The translations under genes and the position numbers were made by a program. Of a DNA stretch of 64,000 nt, positions 33,315 to 44,492 are shown in pieces. How positions within the stretch are numbered: position 1 is the first letter of the stretch; the number at the start of each line of letters is the position of its first letter. The DNA is taken from assembly GCA_002811645.1 (NCBI GenBank), contig PDIP01000019.1, positions 103,163 through 167,162 of the forward strand, read 5' to 3'. The stretch is from Corallochytrium limacisporum Hawaii. Its lineage: Eukaryota > Protista > Pluriformea. The notes under the pieces were generated by a model. That model searched no databases. It was given only the letters and a program-made list of their open reading frames with translations, and was not told the origin of the DNA.

Positions 33315-36300
33315 GTTCTGGTTCGCTCTGTTTGTTTCTATGTGCGTGTGTGTGTATGAGTGTATCTGTGTGCTCTATGCGTGCTATGAATAGATTTCGT
33401 TACCTGTGTACTAGTTCACATAGTTCTTTAAATACTCCTTAGCATTTGCTCGCTCCCTATGGAATCCACTGCCACCTGTGCACAAATGGCCGTTGACAGA
33501 CGTTGTTCTTTTATACCATATCCCATGGTCTGTAATCTAAAGTACCAATTACTTGTACGGAAACTTACCATCCATCGCGTCCAAATGTCTAGGTTGCCAC
33601 TGCCAACAGCAACGTCTTACATCCCAAGGCGCAGGTACCCAATTGCTCCGTTGCCGAAGGTGTTCTGAAAAGCCAAGCTCTTGCCTTCGCGCCCACAGTA
33701 AAAGGTGGGGACGGGAGAATTTTGGGGGGGGTGGGGGGTTTGGTTGGTTGGCTGGCCGCCCGTGGTCGCTTCGCACCTTTGGCCCTCCGCGCCCCACTTT
33801 CCGTTCCAAAGTCTCCAGCGCTGACCCCCCTTTTTTTGTGCCCAAAGTTTTTCACCGTTCGTGACCGCTTCTGTTTGGAAGCGAAGCAGCAGCCCGCCTC
33901 CCCCCTACGCGGGGCTAGGTCCCACACTCAGGTCCCAACCGGCCAAATATAACTGATAACCTAATTAGCACATTGGCCGCGAAGGAGACCGAGGTAGGAG
34001 AGAGGTGGGCCCCCTCCTTCCCAACCCCTGAAGCCAAAATACGCGAGCGGCCCCGCTCCCTGCTCCGCCACCCGCGGAGTCCGGCATGGCCTCTCGCGGA
34101 AAAGAAAAAGATGAAAAAGAAAGGACCAGGTGCGAGGGCCGGGACAACCGGAGTCGATTTTTTCATCTCTAACCCTTTTTTTTTCTCTTTTCTTCTCTCT
34201 GTGCCAGTAGTCCTCCTTTGTGGGGAGGGGGGCCTTTTTTGTGGGGAATACACGAGCGAGGGACACAGGGAGAAAATTCAGCAGCAAAACGGTCACCACT
34301 GACGACCCGCCCAAGGGACAAGCACAACGGTGAAAGAGAGAGAGGAAGGGGGGGGAGCAAGGCAGGCACCAAGAAAAAAATGAATTCTGTCGTGGTAGTA
34401 GTAATTTAAGGAGAAAAATATTCTCTTCGTTTTCGCTATCGTCCGTCCAACTATCCATCGCTGGTCACTCCGGACGGTCGTCAGCAAGCCATCGGCCCAA
34501 GGCCGGTGGTAGTGGTAGTACTGGGAAAGACCACCTTCCCGCGAAGGTGAAAGACGAAAAAAAAGTGACTTTCTGCAATCGAGCGGCAAAAATTTCTTCC
34601 CTTTTATGGCGGACAGAGGTGGGTCAGTTCAACCGTTTTCGGGACCCCCCGCCACTCCTCCCCCTCCCCGGGAGAAGCTTTTTTTGGGCAGTGCCGGATA
34701 CCACACACGCACAGGGGGGACCCACCACCGCCGCGCTTTACACTTTCTTTCTCCTTTTTTTTTTCTTTCCCTTCCTGGACGGTTGGTGGTGGGTGGCAGC
34801 ACTGCGGCTACTGCTGGCGGCTGCTGAGGTGATCGGGTTATACCCCAGTCGTCATCTACGGGTGGCCTGGTCTCCCGTCCCAATCTTCACCTCCCCCCCG
34901 GGGCGGGGGGCGAGGGACTCGCCCATCGCAAATAAAATACCTACGGCATTGGAAATAATCAATACATTCACCGTGTACTAAAGAGGGGGGTGGTGGTTTT
35001 TTTTTTCATTTTCTCCCTTTTTTTTTTCTTTTTGCCTTTGGTGGGGGGAGGGTTAAAGGCTAAGAGATATCTACTCTTCGGAGGTCGTTCACCAACTACG
35101 ACTTTTTCTTTTGTTTCAACGGAGGAGGTCGAAGACGACGGTCTCACCCCAGATCCTTTCCTGGACCTATGACATCCATAGATACAATTTCCGTCTCCAT
35201 CTATAGCTTATATTTAATATTGAGATACCGCACCTCTAATTTGATATACCTATATAGAGACAATAGACCCGCTTCCGATTTACGGGAGACCGTTTTTTTC
35301 TTCTTCTTTTTCCCACACCGCACGCAGGTAGTCCGAAACGGTGTGACCAGAAATAGCGCGGGAGTGTGAGCTGGCGTGTGCACAATTTGCACGGTGTGCC
35401 TATTCCTTCTTTTCCTTGCCTTTCTTTCTTTTCCATCTTTTTTTTAATTTTCGGTGACCAGAACGTGTCGCTGGCCAAACCCCCCCCCCCCGGGGGGAAG
35501 AAGAGTGCAGGAGTCGAGGCGGCTTTAGTTTCGTTGGTACTTTTTATTTCCTCCTTTGCCTTGGGTTTTTGTTGATATTTTTTTTCACGTTCTACTCTCT
35601 AGTCAGAATATTTTGGATCTTTGTCCCTCCCCCCCTCCTCCTCCTCTCCAGCCCCGGTGGTCTCCTTGCGATCCCTTGCTCAATATAGGCGTCGCTTCCA
35701 CCCTTTTTTTTCTCCTTATCTCGCTTTTTTTTTTCTTTTTGGTTTTTTTTTAAAGTTGCTTCCGCTGTCGAAGATGGCCCGACCCGTGATCGGGGAGGGA
35801 AGAGGGGGGGAGGGGGGAAACTTTCCGTGGGTCTCCTTGATCCGCACGGTAGGGTGGGGGGAGGGATAGATGGCGGGTGTGTTTCTGCGGCAGGAAAAGG
35901 TGGTACATTTGCGCCCTTATATTTTTTTTTTTGGGTTGTGAGGTCCCCTTGCCAGTGACATCGTTCCGTGGCAGACCGTGACGTTGAGTCGGCAACAAAG
36001 ACAGTGGAAACGAAATGCGGAAACTCGCCGGTCTGCGTGTGGCGCGGTTGTGGTGCTGCGTTGGATTGGTTTCCCGCTACTTGCTCGTTCGTATGGACGA
36101 TGACGGCCTCGGTCACTTGGTGTTGAATCGCCTGAGCTTGGACTGACAGCCCAACCATCGCGGGTACTTGGGTCGTGTCATGTCTGTTACGACATATTAT
36201 CCTTCACGGTTATGTTGGAACGAAAGCAAAAAAGAACGAGCTAGTTGTGCGATTTGCATACGTAGAAATACTATACACCCATGGATTGCGACAGAGTAGA

Positions 36301-36363
36301 AACGGTAGCATATACGATTTAAAGAACTGAATATTGTAACATAGACTCCCAGAAACCAACAGA

Positions 36364-38520
36364 ATGGCTTCGTTATCACAGAATTCGCTAGTCACACGAC
36401 TAGCACGGCACGGAGCACGGCAATGGCTTGCAGCCGCATCCGCACAGAATTTCCAAAAGCGGGTCACACAAACGCTCAGCAGTGGCGCCCTATACGATCG
36501 GTGTCACTCCACACATCCATTGGTACAGAAACTCTGGGAGAGGGTTCACCCAGAGAGTGGTAACCACACAGCGACGACGGAGAAACTACTGGAGTCATCA
36601 CTCACGGAGTTTTCTCGGGAATTCTCGATGAAGCGTTTCGGCGGGCGGGACCTGGTTGCTTTGACTGGTCTCACAGTTATCGCGGGTAACCACAGCCCAG
36701 CACTTGTGGAACTTAGGCGTAATCTCCTGGAACAGTACCTGCCCAAATACCTGCACGAGTCCAGTCATCGCGAGTCTATTATACCGGATAGAAAGCAGTT
36801 AAGTGTGGTTGAACTGGGGGAGTTGGCCTGTCTCTTGGGAGGACCAGGCAGCGGTGGGTGGCAGGCTCGACTGCCGGTGTCGATCGGGGGACCATTGGCC
36901 GCCGCTATTACCCGTGCCATTGGACGGCAGGGTTGGAGCAACGATGCCCTTATTTGTCCGAGCAGTCCGTCGCTGATGATTAGTAGTCTGGGCACTTCGG
37001 CACAGTATCGCCGCATGCATGAGGGCAGGGGGATCGCAAGAGGCTTAATTGGACTGATCAGCAGTCTGCGGGAGGTTCGCCCGGCTGACCGTGAGCAATT
37101 GCAGCAGCACCAGTACTGCGAAAATGTCCGGGTCTGGACAGACATCCTCTTCCCTACGCACGAACCGTCGGTAACCACCGCAGAGTGGCAGATGGCCACC
37201 CGGAGCGTGCCGTACGCTATTGATCAATTGGTGCAGGCACTGCGGCAAAATTGTGGACAGTTTTTGAACGCGCTCCCTACAGCAGATCTGGTTATGCTGC
37301 TAGTAACCGCTGGAATGAATCTGCCTGTGCACAGCGGAGTTGAGTTCCAGCAGGCGCAACAGCAGCCTCCCACTCAGTCTGCTGGGACACTGCTCAGTGT
37401 AGCAGAACAGAAGCAGAAAAAACTAGTCCAAGCCATGACTGTGTCCATGCAGGGACTGATCGGGGATATCGCTGACGAACTTTTGGACCGTCGCCAGGAC
37501 TTCCAGACGGATGTCTCTTTGACGCAGTGGAGTCAATTGCTCTACGTCTTTGCCCGGTTCCAGACCGTACCGGCGCTTGAGAGCAGGGACGGTGTGCGCG
37601 AACTATCCTGGACCGCCGCTCAGACAGTGCTTTCGTCTGCTGTAGCCACCAGCGCGGCGACCGGGCGTGCCATGCACGAATACCTGACGCCGCTCGCCTG
37701 GGGTCGGTTGCTCTGGTCTTTGGGTTATGTACAGGCACCAAGCGTCACGCCTGCATCTTCCTCTGTCAATGTCAGTGGCAGCCGAAATCGCCGACTACTC
37801 ACACCCGTGATTGCACAGATCGTCGGAAAGGATCTACCCCGCCACCTGTCTGCAATGACATCTGTACAGCTCAAAGGTGTGCTCTGGTCTCTCCGCCGTC
37901 ACTCGGTGTCCATCCCGCGCGACCTACGCCCTGCGGTCCTAGCCCGTTTACGCGAGTTACACGCTTGCTCTGAAGTTGCAACCGCGGATCTGCCACCGCT
38001 ACTGCGCATGGTAGACCAGGGCCGGCCGTCACTGTTGGACCGTGACTCTACTCCTTCAGATTTGATTCCGTTGGTGCATCGAATGTTCACCACAGTAGAA
38101 GCAGATGAAGTCAGTGACCTGGATAATGCTGCAGATGGTGACGACTCTGTGGACATGGCAGAGCTTGAAGGAGCGCTCATTGAAAACCCACGACTGTTTG
38201 ACTCGAAGCGCTGGCTGTGGTACGATGTGCCAAAGGCTACTAACGACGGTGGTATAGTTGATGACTCACTGTCCGCACCGCAGCAACCCCAACACACAAC
38301 CGCCCTGCCTTCCCAGCTTCTCTTCAATCGAGAGAGCCATCTATCACTCCTAGCCATGGCCGCACCTAGTAGCACTGTTAGTGATGATATCGCCCCTACA
38401 TCGTCGGCCTCCGCCAAACCCAGCACTGCCGACCTCCAGAGTCCGCGCCCTGGCGCAGAGAACACCGACAGCACCATCTCTCTGTCCAATGGTCTGATCT
38501 TTGACAAGGAATCGCAGTAA
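36364..38520 (+). CDS. 718-aa predicted mitochondrial helical-repeat protein (OPR/FASTK-like repeats)
   Basis: Presequence-like MASLSQNSLVTRLARHGARQWL. Repeats SLTQWSQLLYVFARF, LTPLAWGRLLWSLGYV, MTSVQLKGVLWSLRRH. Confidence 0.65.
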   Translation: MASLSQNSLVTRLARHGARQWLAAASAQNFQKRVTQTLSSGALYDRCHSTHPLVQKLWERVHPESGNHTATTEKLLESSLTEFSREFSMKRFGGRDLVALTGLTVIAGNHSPALVELRRNLLEQYLPKYLHESSHRESIIPDRKQLSVVELGELACLLGGPGSGGWQARLPVSIGGPLAAAITRAIGRQGWSNDALICPSSPSLMISSLGTSAQYRRMHEGRGIARGLIGLISSLREVRPADREQLQQHQYCENVRVWTDILFPTHEPSVTTAEWQMATRSVPYAIDQLVQALRQNCGQFLNALPTADLVMLLVTAGMNLPVHSGVEFQQAQQQPPTQSAGTLLSVAEQKQKKLVQAMTVSMQGLIGDIADELLDRRQDFQTDVSLTQWSQLLYVFARFQTVPALESRDGVRELSWTAAQTVLSSAVATSAATGRAMHEYLTPLAWGRLLWSLGYVQAPSVTPASSSVNVSGSRNRRLLTPVIAQIVGKDLPRHLSAMTSVQLKGVLWSLRRHSVSIPRDLRPAVLARLRELHACSEVATADLPPLLRMVDQGRPSLLDRDSTPSDLIPLVHRMFTTVEADEVSDLDNAADGDDSVDMAELEGALIENPRLFDSKRWLWYDVPKATNDGGIVDDSLSAPQQPQHTTALPSQLLFNRESHLSLLAMAAPSSTVSDDIAPTSSASAKPSTADLQSPRPGAENTDSTISLSNGLIFDKESQ

Positions 38521-38674
38521 ACAACGCGCACTGCAAACAAATCATAGTAGTTTTTATCGCATTCTTATTGCCGTAATCAAACACATCAACAATCACCATT
38601 CGTTCTGATTCATTACATTGCATTCATTAAAGAAAAATGCCAACATCCTCACCAAGCTGTCCTTTCTTTGGTCC

Positions 38675-41600
38675 TCAATTGTAAGTGCAGACATGCCCAC
38701 AGCCCGTCGGACACGGTGTGCCAACACTACCTCCGTCCGCCCCCGGTGCACCCCTTGGCGGCGTCTCTTTCGGCGTCGACTGCGACGTGAACCATTGCCG
38801 CAAGCACTGCATGTGCCCGCCATGCTGACAAGCACTACAATGAAGGTAGAGGCCTTTCACCGCATTCCCGCACACAGAGCAGACGCTCACACTGCGTTGA
38901 CAAGTACCACAGATCCCCTTGACACCATTGGGCAGGATCTTGGAGCACTTACCGCAACAGACATTGAAATAGGTCGATTCCTGGTTCAGAGCCCGAATCG
39001 CGCCCAGCGGTGCGGTACCAATCACATAGGTGGCCGGCGCGTGCATATTGTAGCTCTGTAAGAGTTCAATGTAGGCGTGGAACCATGCCTCCGCCACCGC
39101 CTGCGGCACCAAGTTCTGTGCAACTTCGTAGAAAACTGTGTAAATGGTGCAGCACGTTTGTACATCGCCCTGCATGGAATACACATCCAGCACTTCCTTG
39201 AGGCCGAGGAGCATTTTGTCCACAAACGCCAGGCGCAGTCTGTGTGATTGGGACGCATTGGCCAGGGATGAGAGCATCGAGACTGCATCAGCTTGGTCAG
39301 TGACTGAGGGTCCACCACCACCAGGGCCCGTGATGGTACCGCGCGTACCAGAGTTCGCCTGTTGGTGGCTTGCGGGCGTACCACTCGAGCCCGTGATCTG
39401 GCTCTGCGACTGCGCAGATATCGTCGACAGTCCCGGTCGACTACTAACACCACCGAGGCCGGGTGTAGTTGGTGTAGTCTGGCTGCTCTGACCACTACTG
39501 CCCCGGCCCGACCCCGCATTCGGACCGCCGACAGCTGCGGACCCTGGATTGGATCCCACTGAGTCTCGAAGGGAATATTTTCCCGAGAGAATTGAAACGC
39601 GGCTGCGGCGGAACGACTGCTTGCCTCCCGGGGCATCCTGCTCCGACGTAGGAGAGAAAATAGGGCCGCCAGCGTCTGGAGTGGTCACGTCTCCACCCTG
39701 GGTGGGATCGAACGCTCCATTCAGAGACATTCCGGTGCCGTTTGTGGCCATGGACTGCCGGCTTGCGGTGTATGATGTGCGCAGATTCAGTGGTGTCGGA
39801 GGGGTCTCTTGCAATGTTGAAGTTTCGGTTCCGGCACTGGCACGGTTCAAACTTCCTCCGCTCAGCACTGGTACGAGGCTGGGCAGCTGGTGCGCCACCA
39901 CAGCCGCGCCCCCTTTGCTGGCGTCACCAGCGGCACCGCCATTGCCATGCTGGCCCAGGACCTCCCCGTCGGTGTCATTGGTGGTTCCGTAGTTGCCACG
40001 GGTGCTATCTTCTAACCCAAGGGCCCAAGGATCGTGCGTCATACCAATGGCATTCAGTGTCTCATTCACAGCTTGCTCCTGGCGCTTTGTGCGTGTCTGC
40101 TGAAGCCGACGGGTGCCGGTTACATTGAATGAGGTCGCGTCCATACCTTCATCGAGGCCATAATCAGAAAGATCATCAGAACTGCCGCTTTCGATGCTAG
40201 ACAACGGTGCGTACTCGTCGCCATCATCACCTGGGCCTCCGAGCGTAAATTGTGACTTGCCGCCGCCTTGACCAACCACTTCGGGGCTCAACGGCCGGCC
40301 CGTACCGGGATCCGCATCCATGATCGGATAATATGAACCCTGGGAATCTTCGTCTGAGGATTCTGAGCGGCCATCGCTGAATGAGCTCACGCTGTCGTCG
40401 GAATCCGGGTCCGCAGCACTCGCTTTGAGCATACCGGCAGCCAAATGCCCGTCCACCACGCTGCCGGTGGTTCCTGGATTGAAAGTGCGTGCTGTCACCA
40501 TGCCATCCGCCGCACTCCCAATCGTCTCATGATGTTGCTGGCTGCTGGCGTTCGTCTTGTCGAACCAGTGGTACGTCAACATCAGCCGCAGGATTGCCCA
40601 GGTCTGTGATACGTCCCCGCGATTGGCTGCATCCGCCTCTCTGCCGTTTATGAGGCACAGCTCAAGAGTGGGCCTACCGCGGGTGCGGTAGCCGTATGCG
40701 AGTGTCCGGAAGGCATGGGGGACCACTCCACCTCGGCAGCGGATCATTGGACCGCTCATCATGCCCGTACCGTACGCCCCGGACGCTCTTGCGCCGCGAC
40801 TGACCACTGTTGCCAGCCACGGATTTAGTATCCGCGGTTCGGTCTGGAAGAGTTTACGAGCGTATGCACTGAAATTGCCGAGTTGAGTCTGCGGTTCCTG
40901 AGCCTCCTTCAAAGCTTCTGCGAGGGCGGTGGTTCCCGACGACTGAGGTTCCAGCGCCGCGGGGCGCAAGACCAGCGGACTTACCATCGGGCTTAGTGCC
41001 CGTGCTGCCGGTATCGGGGGCCTACTTGCGATCGTGCAAGTTTGTATTTTCGTTGAGGAACTCATATTCTGTAGTAGCGCCCGCTCGGACCGAGAGGCCG
41101 AGAAGGCAAAGCTTAGCTGTCCATGTGCGCCCCAGCTCAGGGCTGTGTGATTCATGCGATTGCGTGGGATCTTGGCGGTGCTCAGACTGTGTAGCATGAA
41201 ATTGCCGTCCTTGCTTACACTCAGAAGCAGAGTCGGATCGCCGCGGTGCCATTGGATGCCGGTGGTCACGTCTTTATGGTCGCTCCACGATGCCTTAGGA
41301 TAGAATGGAGACTGTAGGTCCCAGACATGAATGTCCAGATCACTGGACAGTAGAGAACAGCTGGCAATTTGATAGTCATGATGCGGCCGCCACTTGGCAC
41401 GCGTAACCTCAGCGTAGGTTTGCACTTTGCCAATTTCCGTGGGCGCTGGTCCTGCCAGGGACGGCGTGGTTGGGGTAGTGCCCGGGCTCTGCCCAGAGGT
41501 GACCGACGATGCTTCAGCGCCAGCACTGCTATCGGCCATAGAACTTCTCGGATTCGATGCATTCAGAGTGTCAAAGATTTTGATCACTTTGTCTCGACCG

Positions 41601-42856
41601 GAAGTCGCTAGGATATTGGGTTGCTCCGGGTGCCAGTCCACCGTAAAGGCCGGTCCTCGGTGCGCTGTAACTCGCATTTCCACCACCGATGGCTGACGTA
41701 GATCCCACATTGTTAACTGACCGACATCGTAGACGGCCGCGAAATGGTTAGCATCCTTCGGTGCGAACTGAACATCTCGTACCGGACCGCTGCGAGCTTC
41801 AAATACATTCACACAGCGGCCCACAACGCCGTCTGGGACATTTCTTTGGCGTAGATTGGTCATGATGGCTTTGCTGCTACCTCCACGCATGCTCTGGGAA
41901 CGCAATGGTGGCATACGCAGATCCCAGAGGCGAATGGTACCATCCTGTGATCCAGACATCAACAGGTTTGGATTCTGCATCTGAAAGTTTACACGATTAA
42001 CTGTGCGGTGGTGATCACTCATGGAACCAACCATTTTCTGTGCACCCTCCACGTTTAAATCCCAGATGACCACACTGCCATTGGTGGCTCCAGTAGCCAG
42101 CTGATGATTGTACGCCGGATTTTGATTCCATGCCACGTCCGTGTATGCAAAACTCAGGCCTTTACGTGATCTTCCAACTCGAAGATTACACACCTTCCGC
42201 AGCCGCATCATGCGCACCATTTCCGTTGACTTCAGACTTAAAGGAATGAAATCTTTGTGGAGTGGTACACCTGGTTCGTGGTCACGCATGCGTTCGGAAC
42301 TTCGTCCTCCGAGAGATTGGAACTCAAGAGCAGCATCCGTGGTTGATCCCCATGTGCTCTCTGAGTCGGTATTCGGTGGCGATGTGGTTGTTGAGCTGGC
42401 GCCCGGTTGAATTGGTCCTGCATGCCCATCTCTGGAACCTTCCCACTGACCAGACCGTGGGTTGTAGTTTGGTTGCCTCGTACGGCTACCCGCAAAGTCA
42501 CTGTCGGCACCCATCGACCCGTACACCGACGCACCCGACATATTCCAATTCCCAGTGTTGTCCAAGGAATTTTCCCGCATGATTTGTTGCGGTCCCAAAG
42601 TGACGTAGTTCTGTGCAGCTTCATTTCGAAACACTTGTGTGGGTGCAGGCTCCGCCCGATCACCACTGGAGTCAAAGATACTAATTACTTCCAATGTCTC
42701 ACGTCCTGATAGTGCCACATGACGTCCGTCGAAGCTGCAACTCAACGAATTCAGGTTTCCTTGCGCAATATTTATGCTCAATGTGTCCAAAGGCACAATG
42801 TTCGTGGGGTGGAACCTGGGGAGCAAGTCCCCGCGGGGTCTTGTCGCACTGCCCAT
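38675..42856 (-). CDS. WDR24: GATOR2/SEA complex subunit WDR24 (Sea2)
   Basis: WD40 motifs LATGATNGSVVIWDL, HHRTVNRVNF, LMSGSQDG, VRDVQF. GDVQT motif. C-terminal zinc/RING CSVC..AVKGLYLHCSACQHGGHMQC..WF...CPTGCGHVC. Confidence 0.9.
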   Translation of the reverse strand: MGSATRPRGDLLPRFHPTNIVPLDTLSINIAQGNLNSLSCSFDGRHVALSGRETLEVISIFDSSGDRAEPAPTQVFRNEAAQNYVTLGPQQIMRENSLDNTGNWNMSGASVYGSMGADSDFAGSRTRQPNYNPRSGQWEGSRDGHAGPIQPGASSTTTSPPNTDSESTWGSTTDAALEFQSLGGRSSERMRDHEPGVPLHKDFIPLSLKSTEMVRMMRLRKVCNLRVGRSRKGLSFAYTDVAWNQNPAYNHQLATGATNGSVVIWDLNVEGAQKMVGSMSDHHRTVNRVNFQMQNPNLLMSGSQDGTIRLWDLRMPPLRSQSMRGGSSKAIMTNLRQRNVPDGVVGRCVNVFEARSGPVRDVQFAPKDANHFAAVYDVGQLTMWDLRQPSVVEMRVTAHRGPAFTVDWHPEQPNILATSGRDKVIKIFDTLNASNPRSSMADSSAGAEASSVTSGQSPGTTPTTPSLAGPAPTEIGKVQTYAEVTRAKWRPHHDYQIASCSLLSSDLDIHVWDLQSPFYPKASWSDHKDVTTGIQWHRGDPTLLLSVSKDGNFMLHSLSTAKIPRNRMNHTALSWGAHGQLSFAFSASRSERALLQNMSSSTKIQTCTIASRPPIPAARALSPMVSPLVLRPAALEPQSSGTTALAEALKEAQEPQTQLGNFSAYARKLFQTEPRILNPWLATVVSRGARASGAYGTGMMSGPMIRCRGGVVPHAFRTLAYGYRTRGRPTLELCLINGREADAANRGDVSQTWAILRLMLTYHWFDKTNASSQQHHETIGSAADGMVTARTFNPGTTGSVVDGHLAAGMLKASAADPDSDDSVSSFSDGRSESSDEDSQGSYYPIMDADPGTGRPLSPEVVGQGGGKSQFTLGGPGDDGDEYAPLSSIESGSSDDLSDYGLDEGMDATSFNVTGTRRLQQTRTKRQEQAVNETLNAIGMTHDPWALGLEDSTRGNYGTTNDTDGEVLGQHGNGGAAGDASKGGAAVVAHQLPSLVPVLSGGSLNRASAGTETSTLQETPPTPLNLRTSYTASRQSMATNGTGMSLNGAFDPTQGGDVTTPDAGGPIFSPTSEQDAPGGKQSFRRSRVSILSGKYSLRDSVGSNPGSAAVGGPNAGSGRGSSGQSSQTTPTTPGLGGVSSRPGLSTISAQSQSQITGSSGTPASHQQANSGTRGTITGPGGGGPSVTDQADAVSMLSSLANASQSHRLRLAFVDKMLLGLKEVLDVYSMQGDVQTCCTIYTVFYEVAQNLVPQAVAEAWFHAYIELLQSYNMHAPATYVIGTAPLGAIRALNQESTYFNVCCGKCSKILPNGVKGICGTCQRSVSVCSVCGNAVKGLYLHCSACQHGGHMQCLRQWFTSQSTPKETPPRGAPGADGGSVGTPCPTGCGHVCTYN

Positions 42857-43353
42857 ATTGATTTGCAGGCTGTGTAAACTGTGATTATCCCGATCACTCT
42901 ATGTTGGCCATCTTCGTCCTCCTTACATATCAGCCCGTATCACTCCATCCTTAATGATCATGTTCCATCGCAATGCGGCAAATCTAGAACTGGCATAGTG
43001 GTGTCCATTGAAACATATCTTGGTGGAGTGGAGTGCTTTTCTACTGTTGTTTGGTTGACATACCTGCACAAAAAAGGAGAGTATTTAGGTACTCGCTTCC
43101 AGGCACTCGTCCGTACGCCTGCGGAGCGAACCCATAGTGAATGTACTAATGTGTAAGCTATGAGGAGGCAAAGCCAACCCGCACACTAGCCCTACCTCGG
43201 TCTAAGGGCTGGTGGGAGCAGGAAGAGAGGGTGAGGGTACATACCCATCGCGAAGGAGCACAAAATATATATAGGCCGGACTGTTCTTTAATAATGTTGT
43301 GTCTAATACACGTACGCGTTCTACATGTGACGGTCTCTTTGCATGACCACGCC

Positions 43354-43995
43354 CTATTCCCGTTCTTCCGTGTTGATCACTGTGAAGCGGCTTAGGCTAG
43401 TAGGGATGGAGGCGATGATGCTGCTAAAGCGCTTGCTGTTCTCATACACATCACAGATGGGAACGTCGATCAGGCGGTAGTTCCGTGGCACATAGATGGT
43501 ACATCGTTCTGGCATCTGTATGAGGAAGATCCGCCTTTCTTCTTTAGCCTCTTCAATGTGTGCAGGCAAATACGGGTGCATCTGGTTCTCAAAATTCGGC
43601 CGATACCAAGTGGAAAGTAGACCAACACACTGAAACCTTGGCCCCTTCCCTTCTTCAGGTCCAAAGAAGTGCTGTACCAACCGCACCGCGGCCGACTCCC
43701 ACTTTTCGTGTTTGTTCAGCTCCTCGCATGGAAGCACATAGTGGCCCGTTCCCGGTTGCAGAAGCAGCACATGCGGAAACCCAAACTTACTCACCACCAA
43801 GACAGCCTCCACACTCCGGCGAAGTCCAAGTGTTTTGAATTCTGCTTTCAACCGAGCTGGCCGTGACTCTACATTGATCTTGTCATGATACGCGCTCTTC
43901 TGTGTAATTGTATAATTTGTCAGTGGATAGAGAGTTATTTCTTTCTCCTCCGGCACAGTTACAGCTGGCGCGGGCGCCGATCTGCCCTGCATCAT
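43354..43995 (-). CDS. NUDT21: Cleavage factor Im 25-kDa subunit (divergent)
   Basis: LYPLTNYT, RRSVEAVL, PHVLLLQ, WYRPNFE..HPYLPAHI, VPRNYRL, LSRF. First ATG at 43995. Confidence 0.92.
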   Translation of the reverse strand: MMQGRSAPAPAVTVPEEKEITLYPLTNYTITQKSAYHDKINVESRPARLKAEFKTLGLRRSVEAVLVVSKFGFPHVLLLQPGTGHYVLPCEELNKHEKWESAAVRLVQHFFGPEEGKGPRFQCVGLLSTWYRPNFENQMHPYLPAHIEEAKEERRIFLIQMPERCTIYVPRNYRLIDVPICDVYENSKRFSSIIASIPTSLSRFTVINTEERE

Positions 43996-44492
43996 TGTTG
44001 GCTTCGATCTACCTCTGCAGACTGTCAATAAGCTGTTCTCTCACACGTATCCAATCGGTAAAGGCATGGACAGATTGGCTTCAACTACCATTTGACCTCG
44101 AGCTCATATCCTATCTCATCAGTAGATCCTTCTGCAGAGATTCTTCATTGCAGAAATGGAGGCCACGAATTATTTCCAGCTAAACCAAAGAAAGGCAGCT
44201 ACGGGGAGGGCACCTGCGCTTCCGTCGCAGACTCGCACCTTTTTCCACCCTCACCCTCTCCAAAGTCCATCCCTCCACGAAGGAGACCCGCGTGTGTAAG
44301 GGAGGGCGAAAGTGAGAGCACAATCGCCCGCTGGGTTTCGCCTTGGTATTTTAGTTTCGTCACTGAGAGCAACTGTACTCTTTGATCAATGCAACTTTGA
44401 CGCATACGAATACGATTGAGTGGTCAAGTAGTTGAAGCTCATGTGCCTTTATGAACCATACTATGTGAGCGCACGCGGAAACCACACACCCA

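Noticed and set aside
34425-34560. Hammerhead ribozyme (CUGACGA plus stem on the minus strand) or 5S rRNA-like fragment
   Set aside because: GAAA does not directly follow the stem, stems I and III are not evident, and the 5S similarity is only a few scattered nucleotides.
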